From: Methylotenera sp.
GTDB taxonomy: Bacteria > Pseudomonadota > Gammaproteobacteria > Burkholderiales > Methylophilaceae
DNA length: 64,000 nucleotides
Direction: 5' to 3'
Assembly: GCA_028688575.1 (NCBI GenBank)
Contig: JAQTXW010000002.1
Span: 6,965-70,964 of the forward strand
The notes below the pieces were generated by a model, which searched no databases, was not told the DNA's origin, and worked only from the letters and a program-made list of their open reading frames with translations. This document shows, in pieces, positions 1-10,284 of this stretch (its first letter is position 1; every line of letters starts with the position of its first letter). Position numbers and translations under genes: made by a program.

Positions 1-274
1 TTGGAGTTGTTTAATGGAAATTTTTTTGTACGCAAGATTATAGAACTTTTTACGATAGAAAAAGCTGATTTTCTATCCTCAATGGCAGATTTATTTTGAT
101 ATATTGTACTTTAATCTACTTTAACCATGGGTTTGCCCCCAAAACCACTGCATTATCATTCGCTGCACTGAATTTCAGGTTAAAGGCAAAAAATCAAACC
201 TTGCTATTGATATAACACTCACCCTGAATGCGTTATAGAACGCCGCCAGCATAATTAAACACGCTTAAAACGTA

Positions 275-517
275 TTAATAATCACTGCTTCTGCCTGTAG
301 AGTATCCAGTGGGGAGATCATTCTGCCACTCTCCGCAATCTGCACAGCTATGATCATGCATCGTGGGGCTTAGCACCAGGTGAGCACCTCCGCAGAACTT
401 GCATCGACGATGCTGATCATCGTCTTTATGGTGTGTGCGATGATGCTCAGTTGCAACTTTTGTACTGCCTAATCCATATTTATTATCCATAGCAAACTCC
501 ATATACTTAAGTAACAT
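275..517 (-). CDS. Small Cys/His-rich zinc-ribbon-like hypothetical protein
   Basis: 80-aa ORF with two CxxC pairs (CKFC, CADC) separated by 15 residues and a His/Asp-rich stretch (HHRTHHKDDDQH). GGAG lies 6 nt upstream of the in-frame ATG at 490, which favours a 71-aa product (275..490). No family recognised. Confidence 0.4.
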   Translation of the reverse strand: MLLKYMEFAMDNKYGLGSTKVATEHHRTHHKDDDQHRRCKFCGGAHLVLSPTMHDHSCADCGEWQNDLPTGYSTGRSSDY

Positions 518-598
518 GCTATGTTGACAAAATTACGCTCTTTTGACAGATTGAGCAAGTATTAATGCTTGCTCAAATAACTCATAGGCGGTCTAAAT

Positions 599-3439
599 TT
601 ACACTAGCCCTTGCGTCCAGCTTGGGTCTTGCTGATATTTTACGGCCCAGCTCAGCACATCATCTGCGGGCATTGGCCTTGCAATGCCATAGCCTTGTAT
701 CACCGAGCAACCCATTCTTAACAACCATACCCCTTGCTCGGAAGTCTCCACCCCTTCAGCAACTACTTTGCGTTTAAAGTCGCGGCTCAGGCTGATTACA
801 CCAGCCACCACGGCCAAATCATCCACATCCTGCAACATATCCCTTACAAATGACTGATCAATTTTAATCGTCTCAACAGGTAAACGGCGCAAATAGGTTA
901 AAGATGAATAGCCCACACCAAAATCATCCAAAGCAAAACTCACTCCTAGTTGCTTACAACCCTGTATTGTCTGCGCCACGCCAGACACATCTTCAATGGC
1001 GGCAGTCTCGGTAATTTCCAGCTCGAGTTTTTGTGGTGCAACTTGAGGAAACTCTGCCAGTATCAAACTTAAACGTTCCGTAAAGTTACTTTGTACTATA
1101 TGCCTTGCCGAAATATTAACGCTTACTTGGAACTCCAATCCAAGTTTTTGCCATACGCCAATTTGCTGCAATGCAGTTCGCACTACCCACTCACCCAGCA
1201 CAATCGAAAAATCCGTTTCTTCGATAATCGATAAAAAGGTTGCGGGAGAACGCAACCCTAACTCAGGGTGCTGCCAGCGAATTAAAGCCTCCATGCCAAC
1301 GATTTTGCCTTCGCGGATGTCAACTTTAGGTTGATAAAACAGGCAAAACTCCTCGCTTGCTAACGCCTGCTCTATTCTCACCCTATCTTGCCTGAGCCCT
1401 TTAAAATTGCGCTCATGCGCAGCGTCAAACTGCTGAATACGGCTTCCACCGTTAACCTTGGCCTGATACATGGCATGATCAGCATGGCGTAGCAAGGTGT
1501 CTGGTTCACTGCTGTCATCTGGGAAAATGGTATAACCAATGCTGGAAGAGACAGTGACCGATTTCTCACTAATTTGATAAGGCATTTTAATCACGTGCAG
1601 CAAACGCGCCAAGGTTTGTTTACATTCATCAATGCTCTGCAAACCACTTAACAAAATTGCAAACTCATCCCCACCCAGGCGGGCAACCGTATCACTGTCA
1701 CGCAGGCAGGCATTCATACGCACTGCCAACTGCACCAGCAGGTAATCCCCCGCTTCGTGGCCTAAAGTATCATTAACAGGCTTAAATCCATCCAGGTCGA
1801 GCACGCAGACCGCTAACAATTCGCCTGAGCGCTCGGTGCGCGCCAACGCCTGCTGCAAACGATCCGAAAGCAATGCCCGGTTAGGTAGTTGTGTAAGCGG
1901 ATCATGATAAGCCATACGCTCTAAATTCTGCTGTTGCTCCTTGGCTGTAGTGATGTCTGAAAACAGCCCGACAAAGTTACGTATGTTTTGCTGCTCATCA
2001 TGCACGGTAAATATATCCAGCCATGAAGCATATACTTCATCATTTTTGCGCCTGCTCCAGGTTTCGCCACGCCATTCATGATTGCTCTCTGATGAGCGCC
2101 ATAATGTAGGTAGCAAATCTTCGTCGTAGGTGCAAAATCCCAATTCTTCTGGCCGGAAACCCAATACTTCTTCACGGGTGTGCCCTGTAATGGCAGTAAA
2201 TGCAGGGTTGACCTCAACCACATGGCCTTGAGCATCGGTAATAAAAATGCCGTCGCGCGCGTGCTCAAACACGCTGGCTGACAAGCTCATACGAGCTGTA
2301 TTTTGATGTAAAACCTCGATGGTTTCACGCAACTTCTGACGCATATCTAATACATTTGCCATGAGTGTATGCGGCTTTGCCTGTATCCCATCCTGGGCTA
2401 GGTCGCCAGAAGCCATGCGCTGCACCACATCAATCGCTAAGGCTGGGTCACTGCCAATAGGATCAAAAATTAACCGTCTGAATTGCCACAAAATTAATGC
2501 AATCAGAATAACACCGAACAATAACTCTGCTGTAACTACCAACCAGGAGTTTGCAAAACTTAAGGTGCGCGCTTCACTGAGCGGGTAAGCGACCACAACA
2601 TTAAAGCCCCACTCTGGCACCGCTTCTGACACAAAAACCCATGATGCAGGTTTGGATTTCAGAAGCGCAGAGGCTTGATCAACATTAATATGTGCAGATA
2701 AAAAGCGTATCTTGTTTGCATGGCCCTGCACTGCCACAAAGCCCGTTTTAAGATGACGCGCGTTTTCAACTGCCTCGCGCAGCACTTTCATATCCACTTT
2801 GTAACCTACGTAATACGCACCAATCACCTGATTGTTTTTATTAAACATTGGTGAGTAGATGGTGATATAGGGTTCGCCCAGAATATCTACCACACCCTGG
2901 AATGTGCGCCCGTGATGCAAGGCAAGGATAACATCCCCATCTGGGTCAAGTTTTGTGCCAATAGCGCGCTGCCCGTCACTACCTACCACGTTAGTGGTAA
3001 TGCGAATAAAATCATTACCTTGCCTTGCAAAGATGGTGGCTGTGCCGCCAAATAACTGAGTTACCCCATCCACCAATTCTACATTGTTGGCTATCTGGGT
3101 TTCACCCATTTGAAGGCTAGGCAAGCGCTGAGCGCCGATGCTCACTTTGTCATCCAACTCTGGCTGCCCTAAGGCTTTAGTGCGTTGACGCAAAAGCTGT
3201 ATTGCAGTAAGTGCCTGCTCACCCACTAGATTATCGGTCACATTAAGTAATCGCACCAGCGTGAGCGCCTGCTGCTGCGCACTCGTGTGAATGTTATCAA
3301 GCTGTTGGGATGCCTGCTGCAAGGTAAATACAAATGGCGCGACCGCAAACAACATGAAAGCGGGCAATAAAATACGCCAAATTGTAGAAATTTTCTTTTG
3401 CATATGGAATAGCTGGCCTAGACTAAGCCATCCTATCAT
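599..3439 (-). CDS. Membrane sensor diguanylate cyclase/phosphodiesterase (Cache-type periplasmic domain, PAS, GGDEF, EAL)
   Basis: 946-aa ORF. N-terminal TM, Cache-like sensor (TIFARQGNDFIRITTNV...GTKL...GEPYITIYSP), second TM, PAS, intact GGDEF (RLGGDEFAILL) and EAL motifs (MEALIRW, DDFGVGYSSL, KIDQSFV). Likely start is the ATG at 3403 (MQKKISTIW...). Confidence 0.9.
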   Translation of the reverse strand: MIGWLSLGQLFHMQKKISTIWRILLPAFMLFAVAPFVFTLQQASQQLDNIHTSAQQQALTLVRLLNVTDNLVGEQALTAIQLLRQRTKALGQPELDDKVSIGAQRLPSLQMGETQIANNVELVDGVTQLFGGTATIFARQGNDFIRITTNVVGSDGQRAIGTKLDPDGDVILALHHGRTFQGVVDILGEPYITIYSPMFNKNNQVIGAYYVGYKVDMKVLREAVENARHLKTGFVAVQGHANKIRFLSAHINVDQASALLKSKPASWVFVSEAVPEWGFNVVVAYPLSEARTLSFANSWLVVTAELLFGVILIALILWQFRRLIFDPIGSDPALAIDVVQRMASGDLAQDGIQAKPHTLMANVLDMRQKLRETIEVLHQNTARMSLSASVFEHARDGIFITDAQGHVVEVNPAFTAITGHTREEVLGFRPEELGFCTYDEDLLPTLWRSSESNHEWRGETWSRRKNDEVYASWLDIFTVHDEQQNIRNFVGLFSDITTAKEQQQNLERMAYHDPLTQLPNRALLSDRLQQALARTERSGELLAVCVLDLDGFKPVNDTLGHEAGDYLLVQLAVRMNACLRDSDTVARLGGDEFAILLSGLQSIDECKQTLARLLHVIKMPYQISEKSVTVSSSIGYTIFPDDSSEPDTLLRHADHAMYQAKVNGGSRIQQFDAAHERNFKGLRQDRVRIEQALASEEFCLFYQPKVDIREGKIVGMEALIRWQHPELGLRSPATFLSIIEETDFSIVLGEWVVRTALQQIGVWQKLGLEFQVSVNISARHIVQSNFTERLSLILAEFPQVAPQKLELEITETAAIEDVSGVAQTIQGCKQLGVSFALDDFGVGYSSLTYLRRLPVETIKIDQSFVRDMLQDVDDLAVVAGVISLSRDFKRKVVAEGVETSEQGVWLLRMGCSVIQGYGIARPMPADDVLSWAVKYQQDPSWTQGLV

Positions 3440-3506
3440 AATTCGAAATGAATTGATGCCAAGAGATGGCGTGTTGATTGTCCAGCTTTTTCAATCACTT
3501 TTTTCT

Positions 3507-3872
3507 TTATTTGTTTTTTAACTGTGGCTTACAAGACGTGTAAGCTATTTTTTCACCATCAACCAAACTGGTATTGTCATTATCAAGTTCTAATGTAATC
3601 GTACCACTAGTATATCGGTTGCCAACTGCGGTTACTTTAGCCAGATTCACTTCATGCTGCGGGTAAATAAGCCACGCATCTGCCCCCTGATTTAACATTC
3701 TGACATAAAAACGCTTATCACCTTCGCAGATGTATTCAGTAGCGTTTTGCGGAACCCCCGCCTGCGCCTTACTCTCCGAACCAAACGGATTGCTGAAACT
3801 AAGCGAACTACACGAAGGTAAGCTCAACAATAAAACCAAAATTAAGGGCACTTGACGAATTTTTTCAATCAT
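3507..3872 (-). CDS. MliC-like lipoprotein (putative C-type lysozyme inhibitor family)
   Basis: Signal peptide with lipobox (LLSLPSC). Mature part resembles E. coli MliC (TEYICEGDK..., VGNRYTSG versus SGARYTDG, C-terminal Cys). Start taken at ATG 3872; the ORF is open to 3911. Confidence 0.55.
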   Translation of the reverse strand: MIEKIRQVPLILVLLLSLPSCSSLSFSNPFGSESKAQAGVPQNATEYICEGDKRFYVRMLNQGADAWLIYPQHEVNLAKVTAVGNRYTSGTITLELDNDNTSLVDGEKIAYTSCKPQLKNK

Positions 3873-3911
3873 ATTTTTTGCTCTAGTGACTTCATTATAA
3901 AAATAAACCAT

Positions 3912-4925
3912 TCAAGCTTGCACTTGCTCAATGGTGCCTGCTCGGCTCAACCTATCATTCACTGCTACCCACTCTGCTTGCGCTGGGGGCAATGCGACCA
4001 GTAGCCGATCTAATTTTAAAGCATCTAAGCGATGTAAGGCGTCATACAACTGCGCGGCTACTTTATCTGGCTGATTTGGCAAGCTGATCACCTTCCCTTG
4101 AGGCTGCAAACCCTCACCTATGAGTAGCGTGGCATAAGTTAAATGCGCTTCCGTTAAAGCCTTGCTGCACTGAATTAACGCATCCCGCTCTTTAAATAGT
4201 AATAATGGCGTGCGCGGAGAATAATGTAAAGCGTGCTGACCTGGCACTCTGGGTGCCAGCTCGCCAACCGTTGCAGGTACTTTTTGCACTTTCTGGTTTT
4301 GACCCAACTTCAACTGATGAGGACTTAACTGATTTAGCACTTCGGCAATTTCCGCTTCGCTAATGACACCAGGTCTGAGCACTTGCCACTGACCACTGGC
4401 CGTGACATTGACAATGGTAGATTCAATACCCACTTGGCAGGCACCGCCATCCAACACTGGGATTACATCCCCCAACCCTTTTTCTACATGCTCGACTGTC
4501 GTTGGGCTTAATTGTGTAAATAAATTAGCCGATGGCGCGGCTAAACTTAGCGCACTTTGCTGAAGCAATGCTAATGTAACGGGGTGATTAGGTACTCTCA
4601 AGGCAACGGTAGATTCCCCACCGCGCACCACGCGTGATACATGCTCTTTTGCTGGCAATACGATGGTTAAGGGGCCTGGCCAGTAGCGCTCTACCAACTT
4701 GCGTGCGGTTTCTGGAAAGCACGTTACCCAGTTTTCTGCTTGGTTAATATCGCCAATATGAACGATTAAAGGATGGTCGGCAGGGCGCTGCTTGATTTCA
4801 AATATTTTTTTCAGTGCGCTATCATTAGTCGCGTCTGCAGCCAGCCCATAAACCGTTTCGGTAGGAATCGCGACTACCTCCCCTTGTTTTAGCCTGACAA
4901 TGGCCTGCTCTAAGCTTATGCGCAT
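3912..4925 (-). CDS. L-threonylcarbamoyladenylate synthase (YrdC domain plus Sua5 C-terminal domain)
   Basis: YrdC motifs (VVAIPTETVYGLAADA, KQRPADHPLIVHI, YWPGPLT, RVPNHP, APSAN) followed by a Sua5-type C-terminal domain. ATG at 4925; the longer ORF start at 4946 is TTG. Confidence 0.9.
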   Translation of the reverse strand: MRISLEQAIVRLKQGEVVAIPTETVYGLAADATNDSALKKIFEIKQRPADHPLIVHIGDINQAENWVTCFPETARKLVERYWPGPLTIVLPAKEHVSRVVRGGESTVALRVPNHPVTLALLQQSALSLAAPSANLFTQLSPTTVEHVEKGLGDVIPVLDGGACQVGIESTIVNVTASGQWQVLRPGVISEAEIAEVLNQLSPHQLKLGQNQKVQKVPATVGELAPRVPGQHALHYSPRTPLLLFKERDALIQCSKALTEAHLTYATLLIGEGLQPQGKVISLPNQPDKVAAQLYDALHRLDALKLDRLLVALPPAQAEWVAVNDRLSRAGTIEQVQA

Positions 4926-5044
4926 GATGTTTCTGTTAAGTCTCAAAATCTCATTTTACTACGTTAAACGGCGACTACCATCATTTGAAAATTTCGGCTT
5001 TATATGCGGATGGGATAAAATGCCTTTTTTGATAAGGAAAACAA

Positions 5045-5371
5045 ATGTCACAAATTACCGTTGAAAAAGCCCCAAGCCAGCAAAGACTAGACGCATTAAA
5101 TGTCAAAAAATGGCCAACCTGGCAAAAAGAGGTATCAGTATTTCCATGGACATTCCCTGAACAGGAAATCGCTTACATATTAGAAGGCGAATGCATCATT
5201 ACTCCCGCAGGCGGCAGCCCAGTAAGCTTTGGCAAGGGAGATTTAGTCACTTTTCCTGCAGGTATGACTGCCAGCTGGGAAGTAAAGCAGCCTTTGCACA
5301 AACACTATCACCTTGACGGCTCGAAACTTGGTCAAATTTACCGCCGAATTAAACTGGCACTAACACGCTAA
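5045..5371 (+). CDS. Cupin domain protein (DUF861/cupin_3-like)
   Basis: 108 aa with a single cupin barrel signature (EIAYILEGECIITP...GDLVTFPAGM...WEV). Confidence 0.7.
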   Translation: MSQITVEKAPSQQRLDALNVKKWPTWQKEVSVFPWTFPEQEIAYILEGECIITPAGGSPVSFGKGDLVTFPAGMTASWEVKQPLHKHYHLDGSKLGQIYRRIKLALTR

Positions 5372-5372
5372 T

Positions 5373-5981
5373 TTGAACCCAAGCCATCAGCAGGCCACGC
5401 AGTTTTTAAGTGGTATAGACAGTGACTGGCAATCATTGATTGCCAACGTAGGGGGCTGCCAGTTGATAGTTAAACCTGAACGTGAGCCGTATGAGGCGCT
5501 GGTGCGTGCTGTTGCCTACCAGCAGCTTAGTACGCAGGCGGGCGATGCGATCTTAAGAAAATTGCTCGCACATTTTTCAGGTTTTCCCCAACCAGAACAA
5601 TTACTTGATGCTCAATTTGATGCGTTGCGTGCCATAGGTTTTTCTGGCAGGAAAATTGAAACGCTCAAAGGTATTGCCGAAGGTGCCTTGAGTCGATTTA
5701 TTCCCTCGCGCGAAGTTGCAGAAACCATGAGCGATGAAGCATTGATTGAACGTTTAATCACCATCAAGGGCATCGGTCAGTGGACAGTGGAAATGATGCT
5801 GATATTTACCTTGCATCGCATGGATATTTTGCCTGCAAATGACCTGGGTATTTTACAAGGATACAAAAGACTGAAGAAACTTGACACCGCGCCCAAACCA
5901 AAAATAATGGCCGAAATTGGAGCTGCGTGGCAACCTTACCGCACTGTTGCCAGTTGGTATTTATGGCACGTCCCTCAATAG
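5373..5981 (+). CDS. DNA-3-methyladenine glycosylase II family protein (HhH-GPD, AlkA-like)
   Basis: HhH-GPD motif (IKGIGQWTVEMMLIF...LPANDLGI). TTG start directly after the cupin stop. Confidence 0.8.
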   Translation: MNPSHQQATQFLSGIDSDWQSLIANVGGCQLIVKPEREPYEALVRAVAYQQLSTQAGDAILRKLLAHFSGFPQPEQLLDAQFDALRAIGFSGRKIETLKGIAEGALSRFIPSREVAETMSDEALIERLITIKGIGQWTVEMMLIFTLHRMDILPANDLGILQGYKRLKKLDTAPKPKIMAEIGAAWQPYRTVASWYLWHVPQ

Positions 5982-6174
5982 ATATTTAGAACATTTCTGG
6001 TAATTTCATGGTTAGTGCGCCTAATCTATTTCGGCAGAACCACACTAGGTCAATGGCGACTCATCGGCAGGCTTTAACACCCGCTTACTGCCTTATTCTC
6101 TGCACCAACAGCATGATTGTAATCTAATCGTTTTTCGGTGGCTAATTTATTATTTTAAACAAGAAATATCACAC

Positions 6175-7395
6175 ATGGATCTTTTGAAGTTTCACAATTA
6201 TGCTTTCGCCAAATTATTGGCATTTCGCATTCTCATGGTGTTGGCATATCAGATGATGGCCGTTACCGTTGGTTGGCATATCTATGAAATCACGCGCGAC
6301 CCGCTCTCCCTTGGGTTAATTGGCCTGGCAGAAGTGATTCCTTACTTTGCATGTGCTTTGTTTGCAGGGCATGCGGTTGACCATCTATACACACGCAGGT
6401 TATTTGCCTTGCTTGCTGCAACGTTACTGATGATCAATGCGCTTACTCTTACATCACTCGCTGCAGGCTGGCTTGACGGTAATATCACTTTATGGATATA
6501 TGGTTCCATTGCTTTTACCGGCATTGCGCGCGCCTTCATTGCGCCTAGCTACAACACTTTATTTGCCATTATTCTGCCACGCAACCAATTTGCACGCGCA
6601 GCAGGCATCGGCACCGCCACCTTTCAAATTGGCTTGGTATTAGGCCCAGCGATGGGTGGATTACTGGTAGGCTACGGTAGCAAGACCTTGGCTTATACCG
6701 TAACAACGATACTATGCTTAGGCGCCGCCATTGCCATGCTTGCTTTAAAAATAAAAGAGCCAGAGAAAACACACACCATTCCAGTATTCACCAGCATTGC
6801 CCAGGGTTTGCGGTTTGTTTTTAACAATCAAATCGTGTTAGGCGCCATGTCATTGGATATGTTTGCAGTACTATTTGGTGGTGCAGTTGCCATGTTGCCA
6901 GCCTTTATTCATGATATTTATTTAATGGGGCCAGAAGGGCTGGGGATATTACGTGGCGCACCTGCATTAGGGGCCATCGTTGCAGGTGCGTGGCTTACAC
7001 GATACCCGATTAACTTACACGCTGGGCGCTGGCTTTTAATGGCTGTGGGCGGGTTTGGCTTTGCGATTATCGGCTTTGGACTGAGCACCAGATTTTGGGT
7101 GGCAGCTTTTATGTTGCTACTTTCTGGCTTGTTTGATGGGGTTTCCGTCGTCCTGCGACAAACCATCATGCAACTTGCCACGCCAGACGCGATGCGTGGC
7201 AGAGTCTCGGCCATCAGCGGCATATTTATTGGCTCTTCCAATGAGCTAGGCGCTTTTGAGTCTGGCGTGGCCGCACGGCTAATGGGCTTGGTGCCATCTG
7301 TGATTTTTGGTGGCCTAATGACATTAGGCTGTGTAGGCGTCACTGCAAAGCTGGCACCCAAGTTGCGAGCGCTAGAACTGCATCAACTCCATTAA
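6175..7395 (+). CDS. MFS transporter (EntS/MFS_3-like)
   Basis: 406 aa, about 12 predicted TM helices, N-terminal pattern typical of EntS-type MFS exporters. Confidence 0.8.
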   Translation: MDLLKFHNYAFAKLLAFRILMVLAYQMMAVTVGWHIYEITRDPLSLGLIGLAEVIPYFACALFAGHAVDHLYTRRLFALLAATLLMINALTLTSLAAGWLDGNITLWIYGSIAFTGIARAFIAPSYNTLFAIILPRNQFARAAGIGTATFQIGLVLGPAMGGLLVGYGSKTLAYTVTTILCLGAAIAMLALKIKEPEKTHTIPVFTSIAQGLRFVFNNQIVLGAMSLDMFAVLFGGAVAMLPAFIHDIYLMGPEGLGILRGAPALGAIVAGAWLTRYPINLHAGRWLLMAVGGFGFAIIGFGLSTRFWVAAFMLLLSGLFDGVSVVLRQTIMQLATPDAMRGRVSAISGIFIGSSNELGAFESGVAARLMGLVPSVIFGGLMTLGCVGVTAKLAPKLRALELHQLH

Positions 7396-7410
7396 AAGAG
7401 AATAGAGCGC

Positions 7411-7761
7411 ATGCGTGATTTAGATACATTATTTGCAGCCTTGGGCAAATCCACTTTTAGAAGTGGCTTCCAGCTTCGCGCCAAAGACTTAAACTACCTG
7501 CAACAAAAAGGCATCTCCAAAGTACTCAACCACGCCGAAGACTTTGTTGGCAAACGTCTGGCGCCTGCTTATATCAAAAATGACGGCAAACAAACCCCGA
7601 TGCGTGGCCATCCTGTATTTGTTGCACAACATGCTACCGCTTGCTGTTGCCGTGGCTGCTTGCAGAAGTGGCACCAAATCCCGCAAGGACGAGAGCTCAG
7701 CTTGGCCGAGCAGGCTTATATCGTCGTGGTGCTGGAAGTCTGGCTCAGAAAGTGGCTATAA
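7411..7761 (+). CDS. DUF4186 domain protein
   Basis: 116 aa; the HPVFVAQHATACCCRGCLQKWH signature is typical of DUF4186. Confidence 0.7.
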   Translation: MRDLDTLFAALGKSTFRSGFQLRAKDLNYLQQKGISKVLNHAEDFVGKRLAPAYIKNDGKQTPMRGHPVFVAQHATACCCRGCLQKWHQIPQGRELSLAEQAYIVVVLEVWLRKWL

Positions 7762-7785
7762 GCCGACGTGGTTAGGCAAAACGAC

Positions 7786-8991
7786 TTATCCAAAGGTGCC
7801 GTCGACTCTAGGTTTTAATAGGATAGGTGCATAAATGACCACAAACATGGCAAACCCGAGCACCCAGAATAGCGCAGCAATCAACACCCAATATGCGTAA
7901 TGCTGCATGGCAAACATGGGCGCAATGATGCGAAACACAGCACTTGCAACAATTGCCAGAAAAACAAACATCAGCCACGAGGAAGGCTTTCGAATATCGC
8001 GTCCAGTGTGGCCTAGTGCCACGCGTGACATCATCGCAAGCGTCATCAGACCGATGCCGCCAATTGCAAAGAAATGCAATGTCAGCACTGGCAAGATATT
8101 CATGCTTGCCTGCAAGGCATAACTCAAAAAGCCGATATTGACCAACCAAGCTGAAAGATACAGACTCCATAGCAAGGGTGCACGCCACAACCCTGCAGTG
8201 TGCCAGTTGCATAGACGAAAGCCATTGACTGCAAATAATGCAAGTGCCAGCCATGTGCCGATGGATATCACACGTACGGAAATTTCATTCACAAACAGCG
8301 CCACAAATAGCAGCATGATGCTGATATCAACCCATCGATATTGTTTGAGCTGAATTTTCTCTGGCACACCGCGCTCTATGAAGAATGGCACCACACGGCG
8401 GCCTATCATCAATATGAGTCCGATAAACAGGAGCAACGCACCATTAATGGCATAAGCCATCCCGTGCTGCAACACACCATAGCTACCCAAGTAAAACACT
8501 CCGTTACCTATACATAACAATACCACTTTTACTACAATGCCCAACTGTAGCCATTGCTTGGCTTTAATGACGGGCAGTGCAATTGCGGCAATTAAGAACA
8601 AGCCAAACAGCAAATCAGCAATTGCTGCAAAAACAAGCCAATCACCCGCAAACAGAAATGCCACCCGCGCAAATAACCACAGCGCAAACAGCAGCGCCAA
8701 AGGCTGGCCATGGAGCGTTTGCACGCCGGTCCAATTTTTGACAGCCGTTAACAAAAACCCTGCAACCACTGCCAGCGCATAGCCATAAAGCATCTCATGC
8801 GCGTGCCATTGGCTTAGCGTTACATGAGGCATGCTGATTGTGCTGTGCGAAAAATAAACCATCATCCAGCTAAGCATAGAAAGCATTGCAAAAACACTCG
8901 CACCCAAGAAAAATGGACGAAACCCAAGGTTAAATAAAGCAAATCTTGAACTCTGCTTTGATTGACGCATTTGAATTTGAACGATTGCCAT
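7786..8991 (-). CDS. NnrS family membrane protein
   Basis: 401 aa, polytopic. N-terminal FNLGFRPFFLGAS and conserved His positions are typical of NnrS. Confidence 0.8.
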   Translation of the reverse strand: MAIVQIQMRQSKQSSRFALFNLGFRPFFLGASVFAMLSMLSWMMVYFSHSTISMPHVTLSQWHAHEMLYGYALAVVAGFLLTAVKNWTGVQTLHGQPLALLFALWLFARVAFLFAGDWLVFAAIADLLFGLFLIAAIALPVIKAKQWLQLGIVVKVVLLCIGNGVFYLGSYGVLQHGMAYAINGALLLFIGLILMIGRRVVPFFIERGVPEKIQLKQYRWVDISIMLLFVALFVNEISVRVISIGTWLALALFAVNGFRLCNWHTAGLWRAPLLWSLYLSAWLVNIGFLSYALQASMNILPVLTLHFFAIGGIGLMTLAMMSRVALGHTGRDIRKPSSWLMFVFLAIVASAVFRIIAPMFAMQHYAYWVLIAALFWVLGFAMFVVIYAPILLKPRVDGTFG

Positions 8992-9025
8992 GATGCTTCA
9001 CCTTTTAACCATACAATAAAAAACC

Positions 9026-9754
9026 TTAAGCACGTAGATAACTCACAACTACTGGGAGCAGAATCGCACTTAACACGCCATTTAACCCCATTGCCATGCT
9101 AGCGTAAGTGCCCGCTTCTTCATTCACGCTAAATGCCCGTGTAATCCCCAAACCATGGGCACCAACACCTATGGCTGTTCCACGAATCCACCATGGTTTA
9201 ATTTTTATAAAATTCATGATAAATGGCGCTAGTATGGCCCCCAGCATTCCTGTAATCACTGTAAATACCGCAGTTAACGTCGGCGAAACCTGAATGCGCT
9301 CAGCAATCCCCATGGCGATAGGCGCAGTCACAGATTTTGCGTACATACTGCCAACAATGCTGTCACCCGCCCCCAGCATACTGGCAATGCCAACCGCGCT
9401 TGCTATACCACAAGCGCTCCCTACGACCAAAGCTGCCAGCATTGCAAGAATCTTGCCTTTAAGATTTTTGAAACCACGGTAAATTGGAATAGCCAGCGCC
9501 ACAGTTGCTGTACCAAGCAAAAAGTGTACAAACTGTGCGCCTTCAAAATATTTTTCATACGGCATATCCAGCATGTAGATAGTCAGCGTTGCCAGCAATA
9601 CGGAAATAGCAACAGGATTCACAACGGGGTTGCGATTGGCGCGTACATAAAGCAAATAACCCCATTGATAGGTGGCCAAGGTAAGAATCAGTGCAAATAA
9701 CGGGCTGCCTGAGAGATAAACCCAGATTTCAGCAATCGGCAAACGCTCATTCAT
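9026..9754 (-). CDS. LrgB/CidB family protein
   Basis: Polytopic membrane protein with LrgB-like sequence. ATG at 9754 overlaps the upstream lrgA-like stop by 8 nt. Confidence 0.85.
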   Translation of the reverse strand: MNERLPIAEIWVYLSGSPLFALILTLATYQWGYLLYVRANRNPVVNPVAISVLLATLTIYMLDMPYEKYFEGAQFVHFLLGTATVALAIPIYRGFKNLKGKILAMLAALVVGSACGIASAVGIASMLGAGDSIVGSMYAKSVTAPIAMGIAERIQVSPTLTAVFTVITGMLGAILAPFIMNFIKIKPWWIRGTAIGVGAHGLGITRAFSVNEEAGTYASMAMGLNGVLSAILLPVVVSYLRA

Positions 9755-10094
9755 CTTGCTGCGCCTTTGCAAAGAACTTCAACACCAAGGCGGTCACGGC
9801 GATGGTAAGGACGACACTGACCAGCAAGGCCATGCTAACTGCAAAAGCATGCGTTTTTAAGTCGGGAAGAAATAGAATCACACCCACAGAGGCTGGCACA
9901 AAAAGCAAACCAAGATGTTGCCTGAACCCATCTGCAACCATAGCCAGCGGCTGATTTACTTCGCCTTTGATCAGCAAAAAGGCCAATAAAAAAAGTAAGC
10001 CTAACACAGGGCCTGGAATGTTAGGCAATAGCAGCTTGGAAACCAATTCACCTAAACCCTGCCAAATAAATAGCTGCACTAATCCGTCAATCAT
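9747..10094 (-). CDS. CidA/LrgA family holin-like protein
   Basis: 115 aa, 4 TM helices, immediately upstream of and overlapping the LrgB gene. Confidence 0.85.
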   Translation of the reverse strand: MIDGLVQLFIWQGLGELVSKLLLPNIPGPVLGLLFLLAFLLIKGEVNQPLAMVADGFRQHLGLLFVPASVGVILFLPDLKTHAFAVSMALLVSVVLTIAVTALVLKFFAKAQQDE

Positions 10095-10211
10095 GAGATA
10101 TGCTTTCAGTCTTTGTTACATATAAAGACTTTTTAACATAAGCATGAAGACAATAGCAACCTTGGCATGTGCATAATGAATGTAGCTTCTGCAAAAAACG
10201 CTGTTGCAGAC

Positions 10212-10239
10212 TGCAAAATCCAAGCGGCAGACCTGCCGC
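10212..10239 (-). terminator. Possible intrinsic terminator downstream of the 41-aa ORF
   Basis: On the minus strand, GCGGCA-GGUC-UGCCGC hairpin (10224..10239) followed by UUGGAUUUUG. Confidence 0.35.
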
Positions 10240-10284
10240 ACAGCTAACTCATCAGAAGAGTGATATACCTAAAGCGCAATCAGT

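Noticed and set aside
565-777. 70-aa plus-strand ORF at the 3' end of the GGDEF-EAL gene
   Set aside because: It is antisense to the well-supported EAL domain coding region, with a low-complexity translation and no RBS.
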